The notes under the pieces: generated by a model
Database searches by the model: none
The model's input: only the letters and a program-made list of their open reading frames with translations
What the model was told of the DNA's origin: nothing
Assembly: GCA_026129095.1 (NCBI GenBank)
Contig: JAHCIT010000005.1
Location: 299,753 to 319,752, forward strand
Length of the DNA: 20,000 bases
Source: Deltaproteobacteria bacterium
GTDB taxonomy: Bacteria > JAGRBM01 > JAHCIT01
Direction: 5' to 3'
Part shown: in pieces, positions 1 to 8,474 of the stretch
How positions within the stretch are numbered: position 1 is the stretch's first letter
How the letters are laid out: the number at the start of each line of letters is the position of its first letter
Translations under genes and position numbers: made by a program

Positions 1-318
1 GATGAACCATTCCTGGAACAGCCAGTACATGGCCCAGATCATAACGCCCCATGCGATTCCTTTGGTTTTCCAATTCGAGCCGGGAACGGAATCTCTGAGG
101 ATTCCGAACATCACTCCATGAATTGCCGACAGGACCACCAGTCCGGCGACAGATACCGGAATGTTCCGGAGCGGCGTGACCTCCCGGAATAGCCTGCTCT
201 GTCGTGCCGGGTCGTAGAGCAGATCCCGGACCCAACTGATCGAATAGATGCCTCCAAGAAGGCCGTTGCCGAAAAAACCGCCGGTTATCCCGGCTATTAC
301 CGAGCGTAGATGTTTCAT
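1..318 (-). CDS. Hypothetical integral membrane protein (3' end runs off the window)
   Basis: Not in the ORF track. Hand translation from ATG 318-316 is open to base 1: MKHLRSVIAGITGGFFGNGLLGGIYS...IPVSVAGLVVLSAIHGVMFGIL...KGIAWGVMIWAMYWLFQEWFI, with several hydrophobic segments. The start overlaps the upstream TGA (ATGA coupling). Confidence 0.8.
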   Translation of the reverse strand, partial: MKHLRSVIAGITGGFFGNGLLGGIYSISWVRDLLYDPARQSRLFREVTPLRNIPVSVAGLVVLSAIHGVMFGILRDSVPGSNWKTKGIAWGVMIWAMYWLFQEWFI

Positions 319-1046
319 GAAATCTCCTTTGACGGGAATCCATTCACCCGTATGTCTGCAAGCCTGATCCAGACCAGTAACGGTCCGGGTAATGTTGAAA
401 ATGCGCCAATCCTGGGTACTACCTTCCGGTTCGTATAAATCCGGAGGCCCCCCGCTCGTTGATGTTCAAGACAGAAATTCGCCGCAGCGGCCCAGCGTCC
501 TATCACGTCCGCCGTATAGTCATGGCGGAGCAGCAGTCCCTCGGGGCTGAATTGAAATGACTGGTTTCGGCAGTGCGTCGGGAAATTATCGGGAAAGACC
601 GCGTCCAGAATAATGTCGCCAGCATTCGACCGCCGGTCACGGATCACCATGCCCGGCTCGGTCAGAAGCCAGGGGAATGACAGATAATTCCATAGTGCGT
701 AGCCGCAGAAATAGAGGAGATCTGCCGCATCCCATCTGAAGTTCCGGCTGAAATGTTCGAATGAGCTTCGGGGCGACTCACGTTCCAGCACAACATCGGA
801 TTCTGAGCGGATCGACACGACGTCCGGAGTCCAGATTCCTGAATATCCCTGTGCCGGATAGTTGTCGATCCGGACGACCCGCCGGCGGGGTTCCACATGG
901 ATAGGCTTGCCTATCAGCTTTCCGCCCTGGAACCGGGAACGGAAGGCGAGCCCGTCAGTCGAAAGAATGGCCTCGATCGTTTCGCATGACGCCCACCGTT
1001 CCATTCCGCCATGAGCTGCCACGACCTCGCGCAACGATGGGTTCAT
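315..1046 (-). CDS. Conserved hypothetical protein (243 aa)
   Basis: Long ORF with ATGA overlaps at both ends. Motifs (AHGG.ERW, WD..DLLYF.GYALWNYL..P, P...PTH...Q.F.F...GLL.RHDY) are typical of an uncharacterised bacterial family. Confidence 0.75.
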   Translation of the reverse strand: MNPSLREVVAAHGGMERWASCETIEAILSTDGLAFRSRFQGGKLIGKPIHVEPRRRVVRIDNYPAQGYSGIWTPDVVSIRSESDVVLERESPRSSFEHFSRNFRWDAADLLYFCGYALWNYLSFPWLLTEPGMVIRDRRSNAGDIILDAVFPDNFPTHCRNQSFQFSPEGLLLRHDYTADVIGRWAAAANFCLEHQRAGGLRIYTNRKVVPRIGAFSTLPGPLLVWIRLADIRVNGFPSKEIS

Positions 1047-1840
1047 GGGTATCCGATATCTACCACTCGGCCGGTGAAAGCAGAGGCAGCTTCGGTTGCG
1101 AGAAAAGCGATGGCCTGACCTGCGTTTTCGAGTGTCAACGGGCGTCCCGAGACCTGGAGCTTCCGGATCCGCTCGGCGTATTCAGCGACCGGTATTCCCG
1201 CCGTGACGGCATTGGCCGCCATGGTGAGCTGAATCGTCCGGGTTTCGCCGATCGAGTCCAGACGGGCACAAACCACCCGAATGCCGCGCGGGGCATATTC
1301 GGCCGTCAATACTCGTGCCAGACCTTCGACTGCGTCGCTGGCTGCTGTGATTCCGGCCATATGCGGGATGGAATGGCGCGATAGAGAGGATGTGATCAGA
1401 ATGATGACGCCGCCATCTGTCGTCATCCGCCGGGCTACGAGACTTGAGGTCAGAAACTGCGACCCGGCGATTGCTCTCAGGGTTCCGGTGAATTGGTCGA
1501 ATTTCAGCTCCGTCGAGGGAAGCCCGTATCCGGCATCCACCGGGGAAAGCCCAATGCCGTTAAAGGTAATATCAAAACGCGGGATGAGCCGCTCGATCTT
1601 TCGCAGGTATCCTTCAACGGAAGCCGTGTCAGCCGCATCTACGATATCTGCCGCTACAGTCCGGCCGAGAGCCTTTTCCAGCCGTTTTGCCGCTAGCTCA
1701 AGTCGCCCCTCATTCCTCGCTGAAAGGAATAGCCGCGCACCCAGTCTTCCGAGCGAAGCGGCAACTGCTTGCGAAATCTCTCCGGTTGCAGCAAAGATGA
1801 CTGCGTTCCGTCCAGCGAGTGGTAAACTTGTCTGACTCAT
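1043..1840 (-). CDS. SDR-family oxidoreductase, atypical active site
   Basis: Rossmann start (LAGRNAVIFAATGEIS), D-x-A-D, FNGIG (NNAG equivalent), GVIILITSS, AEYAPRGIRVVC, and C-terminal FTGRVVDI. Confidence 0.88.
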   Translation of the reverse strand: MSQTSLPLAGRNAVIFAATGEISQAVAASLGRLGARLFLSARNEGRLELAAKRLEKALGRTVAADIVDAADTASVEGYLRKIERLIPRFDITFNGIGLSPVDAGYGLPSTELKFDQFTGTLRAIAGSQFLTSSLVARRMTTDGGVIILITSSLSRHSIPHMAGITAASDAVEGLARVLTAEYAPRGIRVVCARLDSIGETRTIQLTMAANAVTAGIPVAEYAERIRKLQVSGRPLTLENAGQAIAFLATEAASAFTGRVVDIGYP

Positions 1841-1878
1841 CGAACCGCCTGACTGCGTAGTGGCGCTATCACATATAA

Positions 1879-1904
1879 GACGTTCGAGGAGCCCGAAACG
1901 GATG
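1879..1904 (-). promoter_or_regulatory. Putative ECF-type promoter (CATCC-N17-CGTC) for the SDR operon
   Basis: The minus strand reads CATCCGTTTCGGGCTCCTCGAACGTCTTAT. CGTC is a common ECF -10 element, ~40 nt upstream of the SDR ATG, and the -35 overlaps the sigma factor's likely ATG. Confidence 0.5.
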
Positions 1905-2627
1905 GAAGAAAATAGCGGTCAGATATACGAACGGCTCCGTCCGGAGCTTACGGCCTATTTATGCCGGCTGGTTATCCGACCGGCCGTCGCCGAAGAAATA
2001 ACCCAGGCGGCATTTGTCCGGTTTCTGGAGAGCCGTGAGGATCCCGCATGGCAGCCAGAATCGGCAAAAGCCTGGCTCTTCCGGGTTGCCACAAACCTCG
2101 CCATCGACGAGCGGCGCAAGCATTCGAACTGGCGTGAGAATGCTCTAACTGAACTGAAGATCGCTGCCGAAGCCGACGCAGGCTTTGTCGCAAGCTCGCA
2201 GGAACTGGCGTCTACCCCTGAAACTGGCACCATAGCTCGCGAGCACTTGATTGCCTGCTTTGCCTGCGTGCTCCGGAATCTTCCGGAACAGAAGGCGGCG
2301 GCACTGCTGCTCAAGGAGGTTCACGGTTTTTCGCTAGCCGAATCGGCCTCAGTCCTTGAAGCCACGGAGAATCAGGTGAAGAACTGGCTTCAGGAAGCAC
2401 GCAGCTACATGGACTCGAAATACCGAACCACCTGTGCGCTGATCACGAAGGAAGGCGTTTGCCATCAGTGTGTCGAACTGGACGGTTTTTTCCGTGCCGA
2501 CCGGGGCCGGCCCATCGAAGGCGGCGTAGATCACCTGGCGGAACGGATTGAACTGCTTAAGACCGGCCGGTCGAAGCCGTGGGGGAGATGGCACAGGATG
2601 ATGTTCGGTTTGCTCGACAGGCTCTGA
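1902..2627 (+). CDS. ECF (sigma-70 family) RNA polymerase sigma factor with Cys-rich C-terminal extension
   Basis: Region 2 (AEEITQAAFVR, AWLFRVATNLAIDERRK) and region 4 (LPEQKAAALLLKEVHGFSLAESASVL...VKNWLQEAR), then CALITKEGVCHQC. ATG 1902 is preferred over the track's GTG at 1860. Confidence 0.92.
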   Translation: MEENSGQIYERLRPELTAYLCRLVIRPAVAEEITQAAFVRFLESREDPAWQPESAKAWLFRVATNLAIDERRKHSNWRENALTELKIAAEADAGFVASSQELASTPETGTIAREHLIACFACVLRNLPEQKAAALLLKEVHGFSLAESASVLEATENQVKNWLQEARSYMDSKYRTTCALITKEGVCHQCVELDGFFRADRGRPIEGGVDHLAERIELLKTGRSKPWGRWHRMMFGLLDRL

Positions 2628-2642
2628 ACCATAAGAAGCGCA

Positions 2643-3236
2643 ATGAAAGTCACCACAGACAGCTCCGGTAGGCTCTTGCTCGAAGAAGGTCTGCCGGCGC
2701 TTCGCTGGTCCCTTGTTGCGGGTGCCGTAGGCCTGTCGGTCCATTGGGGGGGAGCGCTCAGCACCGGGACGGCAACGACACTAAACCTTCTCCTTGAAGG
2801 AGTTGCCGTCGGTTTTGTTCTTCTGTGCGGTCTTTTGGTTCAGGACTCTAGGTTTCAATTTGACCCGGTCCGGAAGGTCCTGAGCTGGGAGTCTCGACGT
2901 CTGATCGGAACGAAACAGGGACGGATGCCGTTCGATGGCATCCGGCACGTTGCTGTCTTGAAGCTGAGTCAGCGCGAGGGAAGTGCCGTCTCCACTTACT
3001 ATCAGGTCGTTCTGGTCACCGACGCATTGCAACTCCGGCTCGGCAGCCGGGACCTGGACGAAACGGAAGCACTTTTGCTCGCCGGATCGGTGCATAAAGT
3101 TCTCGGCATTGATGAACCGCCCCGCATCGCTGCGCCGGCAGAGGTGGTAGAGGCCGGCGTGAAGATCGACGCGATCAAAGCCCGGCGGACCGAGACGGGG
3201 GAAACATTGGAAGAGGCGAGCAAAGATCTGCAATGA
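2643..3236 (+). CDS. Hypothetical membrane protein (2 TM, PH-like beta region, L7/L12-CTD-like tail)
   Basis: Two hydrophobic helices followed by a beta-rich segment. The tail KIDAIKARRTETGETLEEASK resembles the ribosomal L7/L12 C-terminal motif. It lies 15 nt downstream of the sigma factor on the same strand. Confidence 0.65.
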   Translation: MKVTTDSSGRLLLEEGLPALRWSLVAGAVGLSVHWGGALSTGTATTLNLLLEGVAVGFVLLCGLLVQDSRFQFDPVRKVLSWESRRLIGTKQGRMPFDGIRHVAVLKLSQREGSAVSTYYQVVLVTDALQLRLGSRDLDETEALLLAGSVHKVLGIDEPPRIAAPAEVVEAGVKIDAIKARRTETGETLEEASKDLQ

Positions 3237-3393
3237 TGGCTGTTATTCATGATCGTCACGGACGACCAGCGCAAGCCGGACCTGTCCAACCCCGTGACAA
3301 ACTGACTTTTGCTAAATAGTATTTCAAAAGGTAGGAATGGCAGCGTAGCGATTACGAGTGATCCTAGGGGCGGTCGGCAATGCAGCCTGCTAA

Positions 3394-4668
3394 TTGATGG
3401 TCAAGATGAAGCCACGAGCAGCAGATTTCTACCGAATTAATCCGCCCGGCGTTTGTTCTCGCCGAAATAGATTAACTGCCGTCGATCTTTTTGCAGGCGC
3501 AGGCGGCATCTCGCTTGGGTTGATGAATTCTGGGTTCGATGTGCTTTTCGCGTCTGATATTTCCGGTCCGTGTATGGCGACGCATACGCTAAATCTTCCG
3601 AATATTAAATTCCAGCAAACCGATATCAGGTCTCTATCAGGCGCGAAAATATTGCGTCAGACTGGTTTAGGTCGGGGCGAGCTGGACCTATTGATTGGTG
3701 GGCCACCGTGCCAAGGTTTTAGTATCCTCGGACAACGTGTCCTTGAAGATCCTCGTAACCGCCTGTTTCAAGAGTTTGTTCGCATTGTTGGCGAACTGAA
3801 GCCCCGCGTCGCCGTGATCGAAAATGTCCCGGGCCTCGCTACCCTGAGCAAAGGTGTGCTTTTGAGTAGAATCGGGGCAGCCTTCGGAAGATTGGGTTAT
3901 CGTGTGGAATGCGCGGAGCTTTTAGCTGCCCAATATGGTGTTCCCCAGATGCGTTGGAGAATGTTTTTCGTCGCATGGCGGTCAGATTTCGGCCCGCGAA
4001 CTGCGGGTTTCCCCGTCCCAACTCATGGGCGATTGGGAATTGGTGATCTAGTCCCAAATCGAAAGATTACAGACGTCCAATCCAAAGGCTTCCTGTCAAT
4101 TTGGGATGCAATTAGTGATCTTCCGCCAATTGAGAGCGGCGAAGTCGGAACGATATATACGAATAAACCCAAATCGCCGTATCAAGTAGCCATGCGAGCA
4201 AACTGCAAACGCGCCGAATTGCACAATCACTATGCTCCAAAATTGTCACCCATAAATCTCCAGAGAATTCAGACGCTCCAACCCGGCCAAGACTGGCGAG
4301 ACTTACCACGAGAATTACTCCCTCCGGGGATGCAGCGCGCGCTACGAAAGGACCACACTCGTCGTTTTAGACGGATGAAGTGGGATGGCATTGCGCGCGC
4401 CATCATCACTAGATTTCGCGATCCCAAATCGGGGGAGTACATCCACCCCGACCAAACCCGCACGATAAGCATTCGGGAGGCTGCTCGTATTCAATCGTTT
4501 CCAGATTGGTTCGTGTTTGAAGGGAACTATACCGATCAGTACGATCAGATCGGGAATGCCGTTCCGCCACTATTGGCACGCGCTGTAGGAACTGAAATCC
4601 AACAGGCTCTTGCAGCAGCGAGTGTTGAGCGTATAGTGCCAAAATCACGATATAAAATTCCTGCGTGA
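3394..4668 (+). CDS. dcm: DNA (cytosine-5)-methyltransferase
   Basis: Motif I DLFAGAGG, IV GGPPCQGFS, VI ENVPG, VIII PQMRWR, IX REAARIQSFPD and X QIGNAVPP. The true start may be ATG 3397 or 3406. Confidence 0.97.
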   Translation: MMVKMKPRAADFYRINPPGVCSRRNRLTAVDLFAGAGGISLGLMNSGFDVLFASDISGPCMATHTLNLPNIKFQQTDIRSLSGAKILRQTGLGRGELDLLIGGPPCQGFSILGQRVLEDPRNRLFQEFVRIVGELKPRVAVIENVPGLATLSKGVLLSRIGAAFGRLGYRVECAELLAAQYGVPQMRWRMFFVAWRSDFGPRTAGFPVPTHGRLGIGDLVPNRKITDVQSKGFLSIWDAISDLPPIESGEVGTIYTNKPKSPYQVAMRANCKRAELHNHYAPKLSPINLQRIQTLQPGQDWRDLPRELLPPGMQRALRKDHTRRFRRMKWDGIARAIITRFRDPKSGEYIHPDQTRTISIREAARIQSFPDWFVFEGNYTDQYDQIGNAVPPLLARAVGTEIQQALAAASVERIVPKSRYKIPA

Positions 4669-5786
4669 TGAAGAAACCAAGCAAAGCCGCTCGTGGAAAT
4701 TATGTTAGCGAATGGTTCGGCCATCGCGTATTTCCGAATGTCGTAGCCGGGAAAAAGAGTTTGAAAGAGCAGCAAGCAGAGTCGTGCCCCTTCTTAACCG
4801 CTGCAATTGGTGAGGTCAGAACATGTATCAAAAGTAGTGCTGCGCGAGGTGTGTGCACGATCAACACTGCTACTAGTGGTACCAGAATGGATTGGCTGGT
4901 CTGCCCATACCGAGCTCTTGATCCGTCACTTCTTGAAAGTGCGGTCAGACGGCTATTCGGATTTCGCGAAAGCCAAGCTGTATATATCATTCCTGCCATT
5001 CGGTTAGAGGCAGAGAAAATCAGAGAAGAGATAGGCCAAAGGCTCCGATCAGGAGATCGGGTATTTATTTATTTTGACGAAAAACTAGGCGGCGAACTAA
5101 GTATACCCGCAACTGCGAAGTCGCCAGAGTTTTCCTTCGACGTCACAATAATCGAAATCGAATTATCAGATGGTCGGCCGCATGTTGGCCGTTTTGGCGT
5201 TATTGAAATTCAGACCATGGATTTCCACGGCTCATATAGAAAGGCCGTTGCTAATCTCAAGGACGCTCTTCGGCTGCACCCAAAAGATTTTGCTACATCA
5301 TTACAGACCAATCAAAACTGGTTGAGTGAGGATATTGAAGGTCCAAATATAGCCAATGTGTTTAAACGAACATTCTATCAAATGATGTTTAAGTTTCAGC
5401 TCGGTCAAAATCCACGTTGTGCAGGATGTGTCCTTGCCGTTCCACTGTCGGTTTGGGAAAGTTGGCAGCGTCACTTGGGACAACCAGAGCTGAGATCAGA
5501 GCCAGATGGGACATTCAGTCTGTTCCCAAGTGGTGGTGCCCGACCCCCCATTGTACCGGCTTGGATATACGTATTTGATATAAGTTCTATGAGTCGAACA
5601 TCGCCCAGCCCACTAGTAATTTCAAAGATTATTGCTACCGATGCGACATCTATTTCTCACTATGCACTTCAGGTCGCACCCGCAGCAGCATTAGAAAATA
5701 TAGCATCTGCAACGGGTATGTTGACGCTTTTGGCACGCCGTATAAGCAGGCTTTGGCCGGAGTTAGGTACAACGTTAACGGTGTGA
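4665..5786 (+). CDS. NotI-family type II restriction endonuclease
   Basis: EWFGHRVFP, Cys4 metal site (CPFL, CIK, GVC, VCPYR), KLGGELSI, SPEFSFD, EIQTMDFHGSY, EGPNIANVFKRTFYQM and CAG all match my recollection of R.NotI. The start overlaps the MTase stop (GTGA/TGATG). Confidence 0.92.
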   Translation: MMKKPSKAARGNYVSEWFGHRVFPNVVAGKKSLKEQQAESCPFLTAAIGEVRTCIKSSAARGVCTINTATSGTRMDWLVCPYRALDPSLLESAVRRLFGFRESQAVYIIPAIRLEAEKIREEIGQRLRSGDRVFIYFDEKLGGELSIPATAKSPEFSFDVTIIEIELSDGRPHVGRFGVIEIQTMDFHGSYRKAVANLKDALRLHPKDFATSLQTNQNWLSEDIEGPNIANVFKRTFYQMMFKFQLGQNPRCAGCVLAVPLSVWESWQRHLGQPELRSEPDGTFSLFPSGGARPPIVPAWIYVFDISSMSRTSPSPLVISKIIATDATSISHYALQVAPAAALENIASATGMLTLLARRISRLWPELGTTLTV

Positions 5787-6043
5787 GGATTCCTTCCGTA
5801 GCGAATTATTGCGGGGGGGGATGATGATTGACACGTCCAGCAGGACGGACCAATCGTACCAGATACGAGGATGAATCCATGATGGCCCGGGAACCCCAAA
5901 GGCATCTGGTTTGAGACTAGCCTTGGAGTGCACGGAATTGTCACGCGGTGTGCCATCTGGCGAAAACAGGATAATGCATTTGGGGTGTTGTAAAAATCGT
6001 ATGGATATTTAAAATACGAATGATAGGTGCCATACTTTCCCTA

Positions 6044-6311
6044 ATGGCGGGGAAGCTCGTGACACTTGTGGTCACCTTCGACCTGGATGAAGACGATGAT
6101 TACGACGATGCGTACAAGGTCTTAGCTAACTTCAATCTTGAGCCCGTAACCACGAAAAAAATTGCCATTGCCGAGCACTACAGTGATGGGGAAGGTAACT
6201 ATTGAAAATGCTGCTGCGGCTCGCGACGCAATTTTGGAGGTATTGAGGGCTGCCGGTTTGACCGTTAAACAAATCCTGGTTGTTGACGCAAACAAATGGG
6301 CCTCTAAATGA
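6044..6311 (+). pseudogene. Small GhoS/Cas2-like (ferredoxin-fold) protein, frameshifted at an A7 tract
   Basis: The first frame MAGKLVTLVVTFDLDEDDDYDDAYKVLANFNLEPVTTKK continues in the +1 frame after A7 (6155-6161) as LPLPSTTVMGKVTIENAAAARDAILEVLRAAGLTVKQILVVDANKWASK* (stop 6309-6311). The joined product is 88 aa. Confidence 0.55.
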
Positions 6312-6425
6312 ACCTGATCTCGGGCTGCTGACTGTGCTAAAACCGGTGCACACGCACGGCTGCTTTACATCAAGAGACACGCGGCGCCCTTCCAGACGAT
6401 CGCGCTGGAAGACCTATGACAGAGC

Positions 6426-7064
6426 CTAATGCAAAAATTCATTAAATTTGAAGATGAAATTTCCGACCGATGCGACTTTGCTTAAGGGTTCGAGCAGTCT
6501 TGAAATAATACCGGCGTCGGGCTTCGTCTTAGAGAACTGCCGTTCAATTTCATCCAAGTCGCCCAAATGCTCACGTCTCTCAACGTCGGTCAGATTTGCG
6601 TCACTGCTTAGAGCGTTCTTTGCGGCCCTAATTAGGGTGGCCAAAGTTTCTGAATCGACTGGACTGGGAAGGGTTTGGCTAATTGAGCTGTGCTTTCCCG
6701 TGAAAGCTATCTGGTTACTATTTCCATGCACGTTTACGACATTTACTTCGTGCTGGACATTATTGCCATCGTCGCTGCCGTCACGGTTTGATTCGACAAA
6801 CATTCGTCCCTTCCCGGTCAGTTCCGCGTGAACCATTCCCTTGGGAAGAAATAGGCATTTGGCTATGCCTTGATCTTGCAGAGCATGCCCAGCGTCGATG
6901 AACCATCCGGAATCTGGCACGTCTATATCGAGAGCTCCCGCAATTTCCGGAAGCGGATAGTAGTGTGAACCCTTCTCTTGATCGAGGAGATAAAGCTGCT
7001 CAACAAGTTGGTTGAAGAATTCTGTGAAGGTAACCCGTGCCATAGAAGTTTTTTCCTGCGTCAT
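6426..7064 (-). CDS. Hypothetical protein (N-terminal winged-helix-like domain, N/V/G-rich linker, C-terminal helical bundle)
   Basis: 212-aa ORF. ALQDQGIA...AELTGKGRMFVE is a typical wHTH wing signature, and the C-terminus is amphipathic helical. Confidence 0.7.
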   Translation of the reverse strand: MTQEKTSMARVTFTEFFNQLVEQLYLLDQEKGSHYYPLPEIAGALDIDVPDSGWFIDAGHALQDQGIAKCLFLPKGMVHAELTGKGRMFVESNRDGSDDGNNVQHEVNVVNVHGNSNQIAFTGKHSSISQTLPSPVDSETLATLIRAAKNALSSDANLTDVERREHLGDLDEIERQFSKTKPDAGIISRLLEPLSKVASVGNFIFKFNEFLH

Positions 7065-7184
7065 ACACCTGAAATCCAGTTATTCGAGTTTCGAAGCTGA
7101 ACTGTCCCAGATTACAAGATTGCTGATGGAGCCTCTATATTTCCCCATAATATCACATGGTTATATTTTTTATTTTTCGTACCC

Positions 7185-7212
7185 TTGACGTTTTTTGAGC
7201 GATAGCCATTTT
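7185..7212 (+). promoter_or_regulatory. Possible sigma-70 promoter for the MBL/E2-E1-JAB operon
   Basis: TTGACG at 7185-7190, preceded by a T-rich UP-like tract. The -10 (CATTTT at 16-nt spacing) is weak. Confidence 0.3.
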
Positions 7213-7370
7213 AAGCAATGAGGGCTTTGGGGCTAAATCATTTGGTTTGGCCGACGTTGTGTTTTGGGAAGGCGTGAGCCTCAAAGACTTCATTCTTCGA
7301 TCTCTTTTCGGCAACTCCTTTCCAGAATGGCACGATGTTGAATGCTGAAGTGGCATTTAAGGGAGTTACC

Positions 7371-8474
7371 GTGACCTCCGAAGACTTGTATCCGAAAAGC
7401 AATGTAATGCGTGTCCTTTTTCTGTACGTTGGGCAGGGAGAGGCAACCCTTTTTCTCGTACCTGACGGCCTTGGTGGACACATCTCCATGCTTGTGGACT
7501 GCAACTATTCGCCGTCACTCAACGGAATCGACCTGCCATGCTTTTTAGCGGATACGCTCCCTAAGAATTCCAAGGGCAGACCGGTTCTCGACTTGTTCGT
7601 TAATACGCACCCTCATTCGGATCATCTTGGTGGCCTCAAAGCTCTACGGCAGGCCATAGAGATTCAGAACGTCTGGCACAGCGGTCATAATCCTGGCCGG
7701 GAACACGGTGATGCCTATAAAGAGCTGCAAACCCTGATGAAAGAAGTGGAAGACCGAAAGGGAAAGGTTGAAGAACTTCAGGGATCCCGGACGGCGGTCA
7801 AATTCGGAGCCGCTGAAGTTCATATCCTGGCGCCAGCCGAATACGTGAAAGATGAAATCGCCGACGAAAAGGCCGAAACACGCTATCAGCGTATACATGA
7901 GCATTGTGCGGTGCTTCGGGTAAGATACGGCTCCGCCGGCAAAAAAGTAGGTGTCCTGGTGACCGGGGATGCCGATAAAGCCGCATGGGAAAATCACATC
8001 ACCGATTACCACGGTGCAAAAGAAGAGAACCGGCTAAAATCGGAAATACTTAGTGCTTCCCACCACGGGTCCAGAACGTTTTTCAAAACGGATGAGGACG
8101 ATGACAAGCCGTACACCAAACATCTCGATTACATCCAGCCAGAACGCTTGGTAATTTCCGCGCCGGCCCAGAAGGACAGTCCTCACGATCATCCGCACGA
8201 TGATGCTCTTGAACTTTATCAAACATACATCGAAACGGACTGCATTCACCATATGGGAGCCGGGCGTTGGTCATTTCAACTCGATGTTGATGACAAAGGG
8301 GATTACGAACTTGAAGAGGACCGAGGTAAAATTGCGGATGAATACCCGGCTTCGGATGATGATGAAAAATCAGACAAAGGCGGCGGCAGTGGCGGCACAA
8401 AAGCTACCATCGCCAGCACGCCCATCAGCCGTGTCGGCAAAACCCATCCAATGGGGATGCCAAGCGAGCGGTAA
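7371..8474 (+). CDS. ComEC/Rec2-like metallo-beta-lactamase-fold hydrolase (putative nuclease effector)
   Basis: VGQGEA, LVDC, THPHSDHLGG (HxHxDH), TGDA, SHHGS, ISA and HPH. GTG 7371 follows the RBS AAGGGAG (track start is 7335). There are no TM segments. Confidence 0.92.
   Translation: MTSEDLYPKSNVMRVLFLYVGQGEATLFLVPDGLGGHISMLVDCNYSPSLNGIDLPCFLADTLPKNSKGRPVLDLFVNTHPHSDHLGGLKALRQAIEIQNVWHSGHNPGREHGDAYKELQTLMKEVEDRKGKVEELQGSRTAVKFGAAEVHILAPAEYVKDEIADEKAETRYQRIHEHCAVLRVRYGSAGKKVGVLVTGDADKAAWENHITDYHGAKEENRLKSEILSASHHGSRTFFKTDEDDDKPYTKHLDYIQPERLVISAPAQKDSPHDHPHDDALELYQTYIETDCIHHMGAGRWSFQLDVDDKGDYELEEDRGKIADEYPASDDDEKSDKGGGSGGTKATIASTPISRVGKTHPMGMPSER

Noticed and set aside
986-1835. Plus-strand ORFs 986-1384 and 1281-1835, and similar short antisense ORFs across the window
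   Set aside because: Shadows of motif-supported genes on the opposite strand.
3237-3306. Sulfatase-like peptide LFMIVTDDQR after the 3236 stop
   Set aside because: Only about 22 codons with no further sulfatase motifs; probably chance.
5813-5820. G8 homopolymer as a phase-variation switch
   Set aside because: It is intergenic, downstream of the endonuclease, and not within an identifiable promoter or gene.
7371-8474. Competence protein ComEC or an antibiotic beta-lactamase
   Set aside because: It lacks the membrane competence domain and a signal peptide, and it is coupled to the E2-E1-JAB gene.
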